NCBI GenBank assembly: GCA_024346625.1 | Contig: AP024664.1 | Coordinates: forward strand, 744,001 to 808,000 | DNA: 64,000 nt | Direction: 5' to 3' | DNA from: Williopsis jadinii | Taxonomy: Eukaryota | Shown here: positions 24,281 through 33,708 of the stretch, one piece after another | Numbering within the stretch: position 1 is the first letter of the stretch | Layout: the number at the start of each line of letters is the position of its first letter | Position numbers and translations under genes: made by a program | Notes under the pieces: model-generated | What the model was told of the DNA's origin: nothing | The model's input: the letters and a program-made list of their open reading frames with translations, nothing else | Database searches by the model: none

Positions 24281-24925
24281 ATGGTGATGTCCAACAATTA
24301 CATCCCACAGACGGAGAACCTCAGCTACCTCATCGACACGGTGGAGGAGCTCAGCGCAGTGTGTAGCGATGGGAGCCGCCTCAAGGATGAGATTGTTGAT
24401 GGAGTTGATACGCTGATACGGAGAATTAACACCGATGCCGGTATAACGGGCGACCGAACAGAAGCGGTGTCACAGGTTGACGTCTTTCTCCAGGAGCATG
24501 GCGATCCTGGTTTGAGTGCGAAGAACGAGCTCTCCAAGGTTGAGGAGCTGAGGGAGCAGAACAGACGCTTGAAGGCGTTGCTACGACGTAAGGTTGAGTA
24601 CAAGCAGCAGGTTGTCCAACTGAATTCCGAATATGAGGATAGGATCACAGAGGTGATGCTCCACATTAGACAGTTCAAAGATAAAGAAGACAAGGTGAAG
24701 TTTCAGACGATGAAGGAATGCTTTGCCAAGGTGGAGCAAGCACAGGAACGGGAGTTTGAAGCCTACCATTTACTAGTGAGAAATGAAGAGGTGACGCAGA
24801 AACTGGCACATGAACTTGAGCAGTTCTATGAAGTGTTTGATAAGAACCGTGCGAATGACATCAAGGCACAGACACTGGCATCGTTATTGAAAGAGACGAA
24901 TGTTGGTGGTGATATCCAGAAGTGA
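24281..24925 (+). CDS. Coiled-coil protein, Far3-like
   Basis: Likely start at 24281 or 24287; 'ENLSYLIDTVEELSAVC' and coiled-coil body resemble Far3 (~200 aa); the upstream extension in the ORF track runs through the repeat. Confidence 0.5.
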   Translation: MVMSNNYIPQTENLSYLIDTVEELSAVCSDGSRLKDEIVDGVDTLIRRINTDAGITGDRTEAVSQVDVFLQEHGDPGLSAKNELSKVEELREQNRRLKALLRRKVEYKQQVVQLNSEYEDRITEVMLHIRQFKDKEDKVKFQTMKECFAKVEQAQEREFEAYHLLVRNEEVTQKLAHELEQFYEVFDKNRANDIKAQTLASLLKETNVGGDIQK

Positions 24926-26619
24926 GGGATTAGAATCAGTGAAATGATTCTCTTCAATTTCTGGGCACCTTGTAGGTGCCCACATTAGGACCAATACAAC
25001 TATCGACCCCCTCCCGCAAAGTGTTAAAATTAATCCAATGGTTTCGCTGAAGAGAACAGGTCGCCATACCAATGGCCGTTGCAGATTTTCATTGTACAAC
25101 CAACCAAATGAGATCAAAGTCTGTATCGCCTTGACTGAGATGATTCCTATTTGTCATGCTATTGTGAATTAAATGCCAATCCATTTGCTAGAATCGAACA
25201 GCACAAGGTTTGCAAAAGAACTGGAACTACAATCACTGAGTTGGTGCGTACTAGCAGACTTGTAAGCACCATGTGCTATCCTCCCTAGACCTTTCGGTTC
25301 TTCAATGGTACATTAGACCACCATGTCCGAGACTGAATAAATTTACGTTGGTTTTGTCTCGTTGATCAGTATAAGCTCCACATCTTTATATCTTTGATGA
25401 AAAAAGACACACGCAACCAAAGCATATAGAGGTCTATTTATACTTGGCATGCTTTGAAGATAATTTGCTCAATCTGGGGTCAAAAGTGCATATTTGATAT
25501 GCTAGAGAGAGCAAATTTTGATCGTTTTCAACAATGATCTTGAAATGATCGTCTTGTGGGCTATTGTTCGAATGCAGCTAACGTTTATAGACTTTGCGAT
25601 GATGATGCATTCATCCAACAGCCATTAAAGCTCAATTCCATCAATATTCAGTCGAAATTATTGAGGGCGTCCTTACTTGTGGAATGATCCTTGTTCTCCA
25701 AACGTGTAATACGAAAACACCCTCGAATAGCCGTAGATATCAACCTGCTCATGCGGAGACTCGACAAAACTAACCACTCACATGGCAGGAAATCACTATA
25801 GGGCCTTAATTCACTTTGTTGAGAAGTATATAAAGATTTTCAACGGCGTACTTGCGGTCAACTGGTAAATGATCGGCCTTGAAACATATGCAGGCGTGTC
25901 TGCAGAATGGTCAAGTCCCGGTGTTTTTCCTGGACACATGGATCATGTTGATGTATAATATTTTCATTTACATGGACTACATGTGCTTTTTAAGTATGTT
26001 GGCTAATGTAAAAACAGCAAATGGCGTACCTGGATTCTAAAACACCTTGTTTTTAGAGCCTAAGACGTAATCTCACAGGAAGACAAATATTAGGGCTTGG
26101 TAATATTTACTTTAAAGATTTGGTCCATTAATGTACCCTCAAATCGTAACACCTCTCGCCTTACGGACAAATTGGATCATCAGTTTGGACCAAGAACTCC
26201 ATTGAGAATTGGTTTCATTAACACCTGAACAGTGCCATAAGTAATTGATGATGATGTTTAATGGCATAACCAGGGACAAAGTTCAATTTGTTGACCAGGA
26301 GAGCAGTTGATTAACGCTTACCTCTGGTGAAAGGTATTTTTAAGAAGGGACATTATTTAAAAGAAATTAACAAAAAAAAACATCATGGTCTCTATTTGTG
26401 ACATTATTTTGAACCATATATGTCACACACTGGAATCAATTTATCGTGGACTAGAATTACACAATTAATAAACTTCTTAAACATAAGTAATTAAGTATAT
26501 AGAGGCCAATCACATGTACCACCTAGATGGGCTTAGAAATGATGAGTTTCCTTTACTTCGTTACCTTGCCTTGAGTTTTCCACATTCTCTCTTTGTACTT
26601 GATATATGTCCTATTCAAT

Positions 26620-27030
26620 TTCGTCCTGTCCTGGTATGTCCTATCTTGTCTTATGTCTTGTCGAACAACTAATCCACTATTGTCACTTGTCTTGTCTTGT
26701 TCTGTGTTGTATTCTGTTCTGTCTTGTCCCGTCCAATTCTGTCTTATCCTCATTTGTCACTTTGTAGATTTGTCTTGTCTTTCTTTGTAAATTTGTCTTG
26801 TCCTCATTTGTCACTTTGTCTTGTCTATCATTGCAAATTTGTCTTGTCTTTCTCTGTAATTTTGTCTTGTCCTGTCTTATGTGGTATCCCCTTGTCCGTA
26901 CATATGGGACTTTCTCATTCAGACTAACCCTTGTCCGCCCTTTGGACGTCGGACATCCAGGAGACTGAAAATTAGCAGGACACAACAGACACAAGACAGA
27001 AGTTAGCTTGGGATCAGCGGTCTTGTGTCC
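26620..27030. repeat. Degenerate (TTGTC/GACAA)n low-complexity array with higher-order duplications
   Basis: Many TGTCT/CTTGTC pentamers; CCTCATTTGTCACTTTGT at ~26748 and ~26802; TTTGTCTTGTCTTTCT..GTAA repeated. Confidence 0.85.
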
Positions 27031-28230
27031 CGAGATCTAATCCCTAGGTCAAATCGCTACCAGACTTAGGCCTAAGACAGACTACGGCACCGAGTTATTC
27101 CACTGGGGTGTGCATAACACGCCTACTGCAAGGTAATCTCATGAGACTTACGAAAAGAAAATTTTTTTTCATGGACTTGAAAACCTTAACGCCATATTGC
27201 AGATCTTATCCTAATTTCTTTATGCCAATGTAAACTAAGCGTTCCAAGCAACAACACATACAAGTTTTACCTGATACGGGAGCTATGGGAAGGCTGCAGA
27301 GACGAGGTGTAATTAGCCGGCATCCTAATTTGAAGACTTTTCTACTAACCACATATCAGACTTTACCAGTGTGAAACATGGTTGACAAACGAACGACAAA
27401 TCAAGCACATGAATAGGCCTTTGCGATCTGCTACTAGTCCGTTGAGGCAGCCAATTAATTCCATAACGTAGTGACATTATACACCCGAGTCAGTTGATGT
27501 AACTGTAGACCAAGACTCCATTATATCACCCAATAGAAAGGCTTGGTTAAACTTGGCACCTGTTTTCTAACCAATGGTAAGCTGGGTGAATAGCTTAAAA
27601 CCACCATCGGCACTCTGTCTTCATGCATTTTCGTGTTGCTGCTAATTCCTACAGCTAGTCCTAGCTCAAAGTCCCGCAATCATGTGCATACGATACTTCA
27701 GCGATATGCCCTAGAGTCTGCACATTAACTGAAAAAAAGTCTTGCAAAATGCCTGCACTGCCCGACATATAACCCCATGTACGTGGCGATCACTCGAGGC
27801 ATTAGTCCCAAAAGCACTTTGAGACCGCTGCAAAGGCCCGAGTTAAAGTTATCATGATTATCAGAATAATCAACATGCAGAATTTCATAACTGTTGAAGC
27901 CTCAAGTTGGATGTAAAATAAGGTTTGGGCGAGAGGTGTCATGCACTAATACAAATTGCACTGCAGGACTAGAACATCAACGTCAAAAACACACGCGGAA
28001 CTACAAAAATGTATGTGAAATTTTTTATCAGATGGGTAAACAGGTGCGCAGTGTCCAACGGATCTGCAAGTATGTCCTTACACTGCGACCAGTATGGGCT
28101 TTGGCTCATGGTCTTTTTCTTCATCCAGATTATCATATAAAACCCGATTTACATCCCTCCCCTGGCAAGTGTTGGCCTCCCTGAGGGGGTGAACCATCTC
28201 TCTAGATTATAAGCATAGTGCTCGTTCAAT

Positions 28231-29415
28231 ATGGCTTCTGACACAGTCTTCAACGTCTCTGTGTTCTTCGTGGTCCTCAGAGAGTCCCTTGAGGCTGTTA
28301 TTGTGGTCTCTGTGCTTCTTTCGTTCTTGAAGCAATCCATTGGTGATGGAGACAAGGCACTTTACAGAAAGCTCCTTATCCAGGTTTGGGTTGGTGTTGC
28401 TGCTGGTCTTATCGTCTGTCTTGCTATTGGTGGTGGTTTCATTGGTGCTTACTACCGTTACCAGGATGATATCTTTGGAAACTCTGAAGATATTTGGGAG
28501 GGTGTTTTCTGTATGATTGCGACGGTTATGATCTCCTTCATGGGTATTGCCATGTTGAGAATCAACAAGATGCAAGCCAAGTGGAGAGTTAAGATTGCAA
28601 GATCTCTGCTCGCAACCCCAAAGAGAAAGAGAGACAGATTCAAATTCGGATACTTGACAAAGAAGTACGCCATGTTCTTGCTGCCATTCATCACGGTCCT
28701 GAGAGAAGGTCTTGAGGCTGTTGTCTTCGTTGCTGGTGCCGGTATTACCACGCAAGGTTCATCTGCTAAAGCATACCCTCTACCAGTGGTTGTTGGTCTG
28801 ATCTGTGGTATTCTTGCTGGTCTCCTTCTTTACTATGGTGTCTCTTATGCATCCATGCAAATCTTCTTGGTGATCTCCACCTGTATCCTTTACTTGATCG
28901 CTGCAGGTTTGTTCTCCAGAGGTGTGTGGTACTTTGAAACCAACACTTTCAACAAGAAGACCGGTGGTGATGCTTCTGAATCCGGTGATGGTAACGGTTC
29001 CTACGATATCACAAAGGCCGTCTACCACGTCAACTGTTGTAACCCTGAGTTGGATAACGGTTGGGATGTGTTCAACGCCCTTCTCGGATGGCAAAACACT
29101 GGTTACATCGGCTCTGTCTTGGCTTACAACTTGTACTGGTTGTGTTTGATCATTGTCATCTTGTTGATGCTCTTCGAAGAGAAGACTGGTCACCTGCCAT
29201 TCTGTAAGAGCTTGAAGTTGAGACAATTGAATCCAATGTACTGGATCAAGGGTAAGAACAAAAAGGAGCTCACCGAGGAGGAGAAGAGAGAGTTGTTCAA
29301 GCAGGTTAAGGAAGAGGTCAGATTCGACCAGGATGGTGGTATTGAAGAAGTTGAGAGCTCTGATGATGCTCAAGCACACGGTGCTTCATACGAGCTGAAG
29401 ACTGAAGTCAAGTAA
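28231..29415 (+). CDS. FTR1: High-affinity iron permease
   Basis: Two RExLE motifs (RESLE, REGLE), 'EDIWEGVF', 'DASESG', 'FNALLGWQN'; multiple transmembrane helices. Confidence 0.93.
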   Translation: MASDTVFNVSVFFVVLRESLEAVIVVSVLLSFLKQSIGDGDKALYRKLLIQVWVGVAAGLIVCLAIGGGFIGAYYRYQDDIFGNSEDIWEGVFCMIATVMISFMGIAMLRINKMQAKWRVKIARSLLATPKRKRDRFKFGYLTKKYAMFLLPFITVLREGLEAVVFVAGAGITTQGSSAKAYPLPVVVGLICGILAGLLLYYGVSYASMQIFLVISTCILYLIAAGLFSRGVWYFETNTFNKKTGGDASESGDGNGSYDITKAVYHVNCCNPELDNGWDVFNALLGWQNTGYIGSVLAYNLYWLCLIIVILLMLFEEKTGHLPFCKSLKLRQLNPMYWIKGKNKKELTEEEKRELFKQVKEEVRFDQDGGIEEVESSDDAQAHGASYELKTEVK

Positions 29416-29614
29416 TCCTTTTGCGATGTAATTAATGAGAATATATAACACTTGAGAGTGTAGATGCCCATTGAGTGTCGTGTATGTTCATATTGACGTG
29501 AAGCACAGTTGGGAGCTGTCCTACCATGTACTATGAATCTGGAAGGAAAGCGTTCAATTACGCTATATAGTGATGCCTTCGAACATCTCTATAAGTGACC
29601 AGGGTTCTATACAC

Positions 29615-31288
29615 TTATTTTGCCCTATCGTTAGGATCAATCTTGAATATCTTATCTGGATTCATAATTCTGAGAGGGTCTATTGCCATTTTGATCTTTC
29701 TCATAACGTCGATGGTATCCTCTCCCAACTCCTGAACCAAATGGTGTCTCTTTGAGGTACCAATGCCGTGTTCTCCGGAACAAGTTCCGTCATACTTCAA
29801 GCTTCTCGTGACCATTCTATCTGCTAAATCCATAGCGAGCTTTTCATCTTTGGAATCGTACATCAACAGGCAATGGAAGTTACCATCGCCAACGTGGCCC
29901 ACGATTGTTGTGTATAGACCGGATGCATCGCAGTCCTTTACAGTCTCTTCAATCATTCTCGACAAGTTTGACATTGGAACTGCAACATCCGTAGACCACA
30001 CCTTCACATCTGGAGAGATGACTGATCTTCCGTAGTCAATGGATGACCAAAAGATGGATTTCCGTGCGCTCCAAAGCTCTGTACATTCCTGCTCGTTTCT
30101 TGCCACTTGGAAACTTTGACCACCAGTGTCTTTAGTCACCTGTTTCACGGATTTGATGATCTCGTTCAAGATATTCTTATGGCCAGAGCCCAGTTTGAAG
30201 AAAAGTGTTGGTTGTTCATCCCATTTTCTAGATGTTTGTCCTGAAAAGTTGATTGCTTTCATCATTCTTTCGTCAAGCAGTTCAACAGCGTTCAACGGGA
30301 TCCCCTCTTGGATCAGTTTGGTGACAGCGACAGTGGCATCGTTGATGCTTTTGAATGGCACAACGGCAACTGTTTCAAACTTGGGCTTTACATGGAGCTT
30401 CACCGTCACCTCTGTAACGATTCCCAATGTTCCCTCAGAGCCAATGAGCAAGCCAGTCAGGTTATACCCATTTGAGCTTTTTTTCGGTCTACGTCTTGTC
30501 TTGATGACTTGTCCATCCGGCAACACCAATTTCAAGTTCACAACGTTCTCTTTCATGGTACCGTAATGATGAGCATTCGTACCAGAACAAGAGCAGGCAA
30601 CCATGCCTGCACATGTAGCACCAGGGCCAGGATCTGGTCCTAACATGAGCCCATCACTACCAACAAGCTCATTGATGTCTTGCCAGCCAACACCAGCCTG
30701 CACAGTGATATCCATGTCGTCCTTGTTGTAGCTTATCACCTTGTTCATCCTCGAGAGGTCTAGTGTGATGCCCCTACGTGTTGCAACGTACTGTCCCTCA
30801 ATAGACGTTCCTCCTCCGTATGGAACCACCGGAACTCGGTACTCGTGAGCAATCTGCATCACTTTGACCACATCGTCGGTGCTACTCGGGTAAACCACCA
30901 CTCTTGGCCTCTGATTGGGCTCAGGAGCATGAAGCGTATAGTTGTTCGTGGTGTGGTTCTCAATATCGGTCCCACTACTTGAAATCGCATCCTCCGGGAA
31001 GTGTGCCCTCAGCTCCTCCAGTGCCAGCTCAAAGTCCCACTTGGTGGCATAGCAAGGAGAAGGGATATCACAAAGCCTTGTAGACGACGACAGTGGGAAG
31101 AGGAACTCTGGAGGATTCGACAGCGTGGAGTTCAATGCCCAGTAGAACCCACCAGCTGTACCAACAACAAAGCCCGCCAGTACACCGAGTTTCGAGTGCT
31201 TCTTTGGCCGTTGCTTCACAGCAACTGAAGCATCAGAGAGGAACCTCCGTCCAATGGTTCTGGTCGACGCTCTCATTTGGCCAATCAT
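29615..31288 (-). CDS. DLD1: Mitochondrial D-lactate dehydrogenase (cytochrome), FAD-linked
   Basis: 'PYGGGTSIEG', 'DPGPGA', 'GYNLTGLLIGSEGTLG', 'GHVGDGNFH', 'GEHGIG'; Arg-rich targeting sequence from ATG 31288 or 31276. Confidence 0.88.
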   Translation of the reverse strand: MIGQMRASTRTIGRRFLSDASVAVKQRPKKHSKLGVLAGFVVGTAGGFYWALNSTLSNPPEFLFPLSSSTRLCDIPSPCYATKWDFELALEELRAHFPEDAISSSGTDIENHTTNNYTLHAPEPNQRPRVVVYPSSTDDVVKVMQIAHEYRVPVVPYGGGTSIEGQYVATRRGITLDLSRMNKVISYNKDDMDITVQAGVGWQDINELVGSDGLMLGPDPGPGATCAGMVACSCSGTNAHHYGTMKENVVNLKLVLPDGQVIKTRRRPKKSSNGYNLTGLLIGSEGTLGIVTEVTVKLHVKPKFETVAVVPFKSINDATVAVTKLIQEGIPLNAVELLDERMMKAINFSGQTSRKWDEQPTLFFKLGSGHKNILNEIIKSVKQVTKDTGGQSFQVARNEQECTELWSARKSIFWSSIDYGRSVISPDVKVWSTDVAVPMSNLSRMIEETVKDCDASGLYTTIVGHVGDGNFHCLLMYDSKDEKLAMDLADRMVTRSLKYDGTCSGEHGIGTSKRHHLVQELGEDTIDVMRKIKMAIDPLRIMNPDKIFKIDPNDRAK

Positions 31289-31473
31289 GTCTTTTGCCTT
31301 ATGTCCAATGCCCTGTTCCCCCGGAGACAAAGAGAGTTTGAAAGTCCGGAGAAACCTCGACTCGGTGGGAAGTTTTTCCATCGCCGGTTTCGCTTCTCTG
31401 CTAAATTCTCCACCGTTTAGTTCCACTCACCGGTTAAATCAAATCCACATTGAACAGCACACAGAGAACGATC

Positions 31474-32376
31474 ATGGGAGAACAATTGCGTGAACCACAC
31501 ACGTTTCGCCTATTTGGCGACCACTTGGGCAAATCCAAGGCTCCGTTGCTCCACAACACGCTTTTCCAGCTGATTGGAATCCCGTGGAGTTACGAGATCC
31601 ACGAGACATCTGACCTGGACGTGATCGAGGGCTTCATACAGGGCACGGGGTTTGTCGGGTGTGCCATCACGATGCCAAACAAGGTGAGGGCGATCAAGTG
31701 CGTTGAAGAGCTGGATTCCATCGGAGCAGGGTGTGGGTCCATCAACACAGTGTACCTGAAGGACGACGGCCGTGGCGGTCACGTGACTGTGGGCACCAAC
31801 ACCGACACCATGGGCATCAGCCAGTCTCTGAAGTCCAATTACCCCGAGGAAGTCAGTGAAGGCCGTGGAAAGCCAGGGCTGGTGTACGGAGCAGGCGGTG
31901 CTAGTCGCTCTGCCGTGTACGCGTTGTACAATCTTCTCGGTGTTTCCAAAGTGTACGTTGTGAACAGAGTGAAGGAGGAAGTTGACAGCCTGAAGGAAGA
32001 TCTCGAGACCAATGGGTTCCAAGGCGAGATAGTCCACGTGACTTCACCGCAGATGGCGTCCACTCTGGAGGCCCCGGTGATTGCTGTTCTCACGGTTCCA
32101 GATTTCGAACCCTCCAGCGAGGACGAGCTCCTAGCAAAGGCTACGCTTGATGTCTTCAAGCAAACACCGGGTGTTGTTCTCGAGATGTGTTACAATCCCG
32201 TCATCAAGACTAGGCTCTTCCAGGAGTTTCTGGGGGCAGATTGGAAAGTGGTGAGCGGCGTAGAGGCCATGATCCACCAGGGCGTTGCACAACAAGTTCT
32301 GTGGACAGGTATTAGCTTAGAAGAACTGCCTGTTGAAGAGGTTGTTCAGCGTATTTATAAATCAATAGAGAACTAG
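31474..32376 (+). CDS. Stand-alone shikimate/quinate 5-dehydrogenase (qa-3/qutB-like)
   Basis: 'SKAPLLHN', 'ITMPNK', 'SINTV', 'GTNTD', GAGGASRS, 'VNR', 'EMCYNP', 'GVEAMIHQG'; monofunctional, not the Aro1 domain; ATG at 31474. Confidence 0.88.
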   Translation: MGEQLREPHTFRLFGDHLGKSKAPLLHNTLFQLIGIPWSYEIHETSDLDVIEGFIQGTGFVGCAITMPNKVRAIKCVEELDSIGAGCGSINTVYLKDDGRGGHVTVGTNTDTMGISQSLKSNYPEEVSEGRGKPGLVYGAGGASRSAVYALYNLLGVSKVYVVNRVKEEVDSLKEDLETNGFQGEIVHVTSPQMASTLEAPVIAVLTVPDFEPSSEDELLAKATLDVFKQTPGVVLEMCYNPVIKTRLFQEFLGADWKVVSGVEAMIHQGVAQQVLWTGISLEELPVEEVVQRIYKSIEN

Positions 32377-32486
32377 GCGGTAAACACCGATGCCGTGTGT
32401 TTACGAAAAGCGAACATGAAAAACAAAAATGTAAACAAAGAACAACATCAAATGTTCTCGCTTCAATAGACAACAAGCAGGCGCGG

Positions 32487-33477
32487 ATGGTGGAGACCCC
32501 ACAGTTCTATGGGTGCTATTTACTTAGATCGATACCTAAACCTGGTAGCTTTTACATAGGGTCCACGCCTGATCCCGTGAGAGTAAGTTCCGTCGTTCCT
32601 GTTGCACTTGTTATTGTTTTCACACCACCATCAAGATGGCCTGGGTACTAACATCACCAAGAGACTTCGGCAGCATAACGGCGAGCTGAAAGCAGGCGCG
32701 TACAAGACCAAGAGGGATAGCACACGACCTTGGGAGATGTGTGTGATAGTCCATGGATTCCCTTCCAAAGTGACAGCGTTAATGTTTGAGCATGCATGGC
32801 AACATTCGTACCACACAAGACACATCCAGCCAGCTGATCGTATTGTTAAAACCAAGACGGCAGGTCGGTCACTCGCACATAAGCTGGGCAATGTCAGGCT
32901 GCTGTTGAACTCCCCATTTTTCAACAAGATGCAGCTGAAAGTGCACTGCTTCACCACGGAGAGTTACAAGGCCTGGTGCGATGACAAGTTCGGCAACGTT
33001 GTTGGCGAGCACGTACATGTGACACACATTCAAGAGAGTAAGAGGGACGAAGAGCTCAACATGAGGCACGTTGTGGCGTTGAAACAGCAGCACCAAGAGG
33101 AGGACGCCGCGATGCTGGATAGATTTGGCGATATCCTTTCGCAAGGAGCGAAGGAGTGTGAGGTCTGTCACTCCACCATCGACTATATAAACAATGACAC
33201 TTTCCCGCTGCTGTGCTTGTGCAGTCAGTGTGAGGGCGTTAGCCATCTCCACTGTATAGCCAAACAGCAACAGCAGCAACAGCAGCAACAGCAGCAACCA
33301 CAGGAACAGCAGGAACAGCAGGAACCACAACCACAAGCACAACCACAGGAACAGCAGCAGCTCTGCGATCCGCCGTTGGTTCCGTTCAAGGTAAAGTGCC
33401 CCAGCTGCGAATGCACCATCCCGTGGCCTTTGCTCGTGAGGAGAGCCACCAGGGTCCGCTCAAAGTTCTCAGTGTAA
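32487..33477 (+). CDS. SLX1: Structure-specific endonuclease subunit Slx1; exons 32487-32582 and 32662-33477
   Basis: GIY-YIG motif 'FYGCYLLRS..FYIGSTPDPVR|RLRQHNG', 'FEHAWQH', C-terminal RING/PHD cysteines; intron 32583-32661 GTAAGT / TACTAAC / AAG. Confidence 0.92.
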
Positions 33478-33708
33478 ATTCTCTAACAGCAAAACCATCA
33501 ATTCGTTCATGGGCTTTCTCCCTGTGTAATTCGTAGCGTTCTACCGCCGTGTAGGAAGCCCGTCGTTGAGGAAGCCCGCCTTTGTTGCCATGGCGGAGGT
33601 GCCTTTCCACTGGCGCTGGCCAAAAAGGGGAGAAAAACAGCGGCATAAACAAACTTGACCCTTTGCACCACTTTCCTTGTCTTGGAGTAAACAAACGAAC
33701 AGAGCACC

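Noticed and set aside
24930..26400. FET3 multicopper oxidase pseudogene divergent from FTR1
   Set aside because: Only a chance-level fragment (VRF*QMDWHL on the minus strand near 25190); no HxHG, HPxHLHG or HCHxxWH motifs in the parts I translated
26553..26994. Cys-rich and Q/D/K/R/T-rich small ORFs in the ORF track
   Set aside because: They are translations of the TTGTC pentamer array
33225..33449. Poly-Cys 'metallothionein-like' ORF
   Set aside because: Antisense translation of the SLX1 CAG/CAA tract
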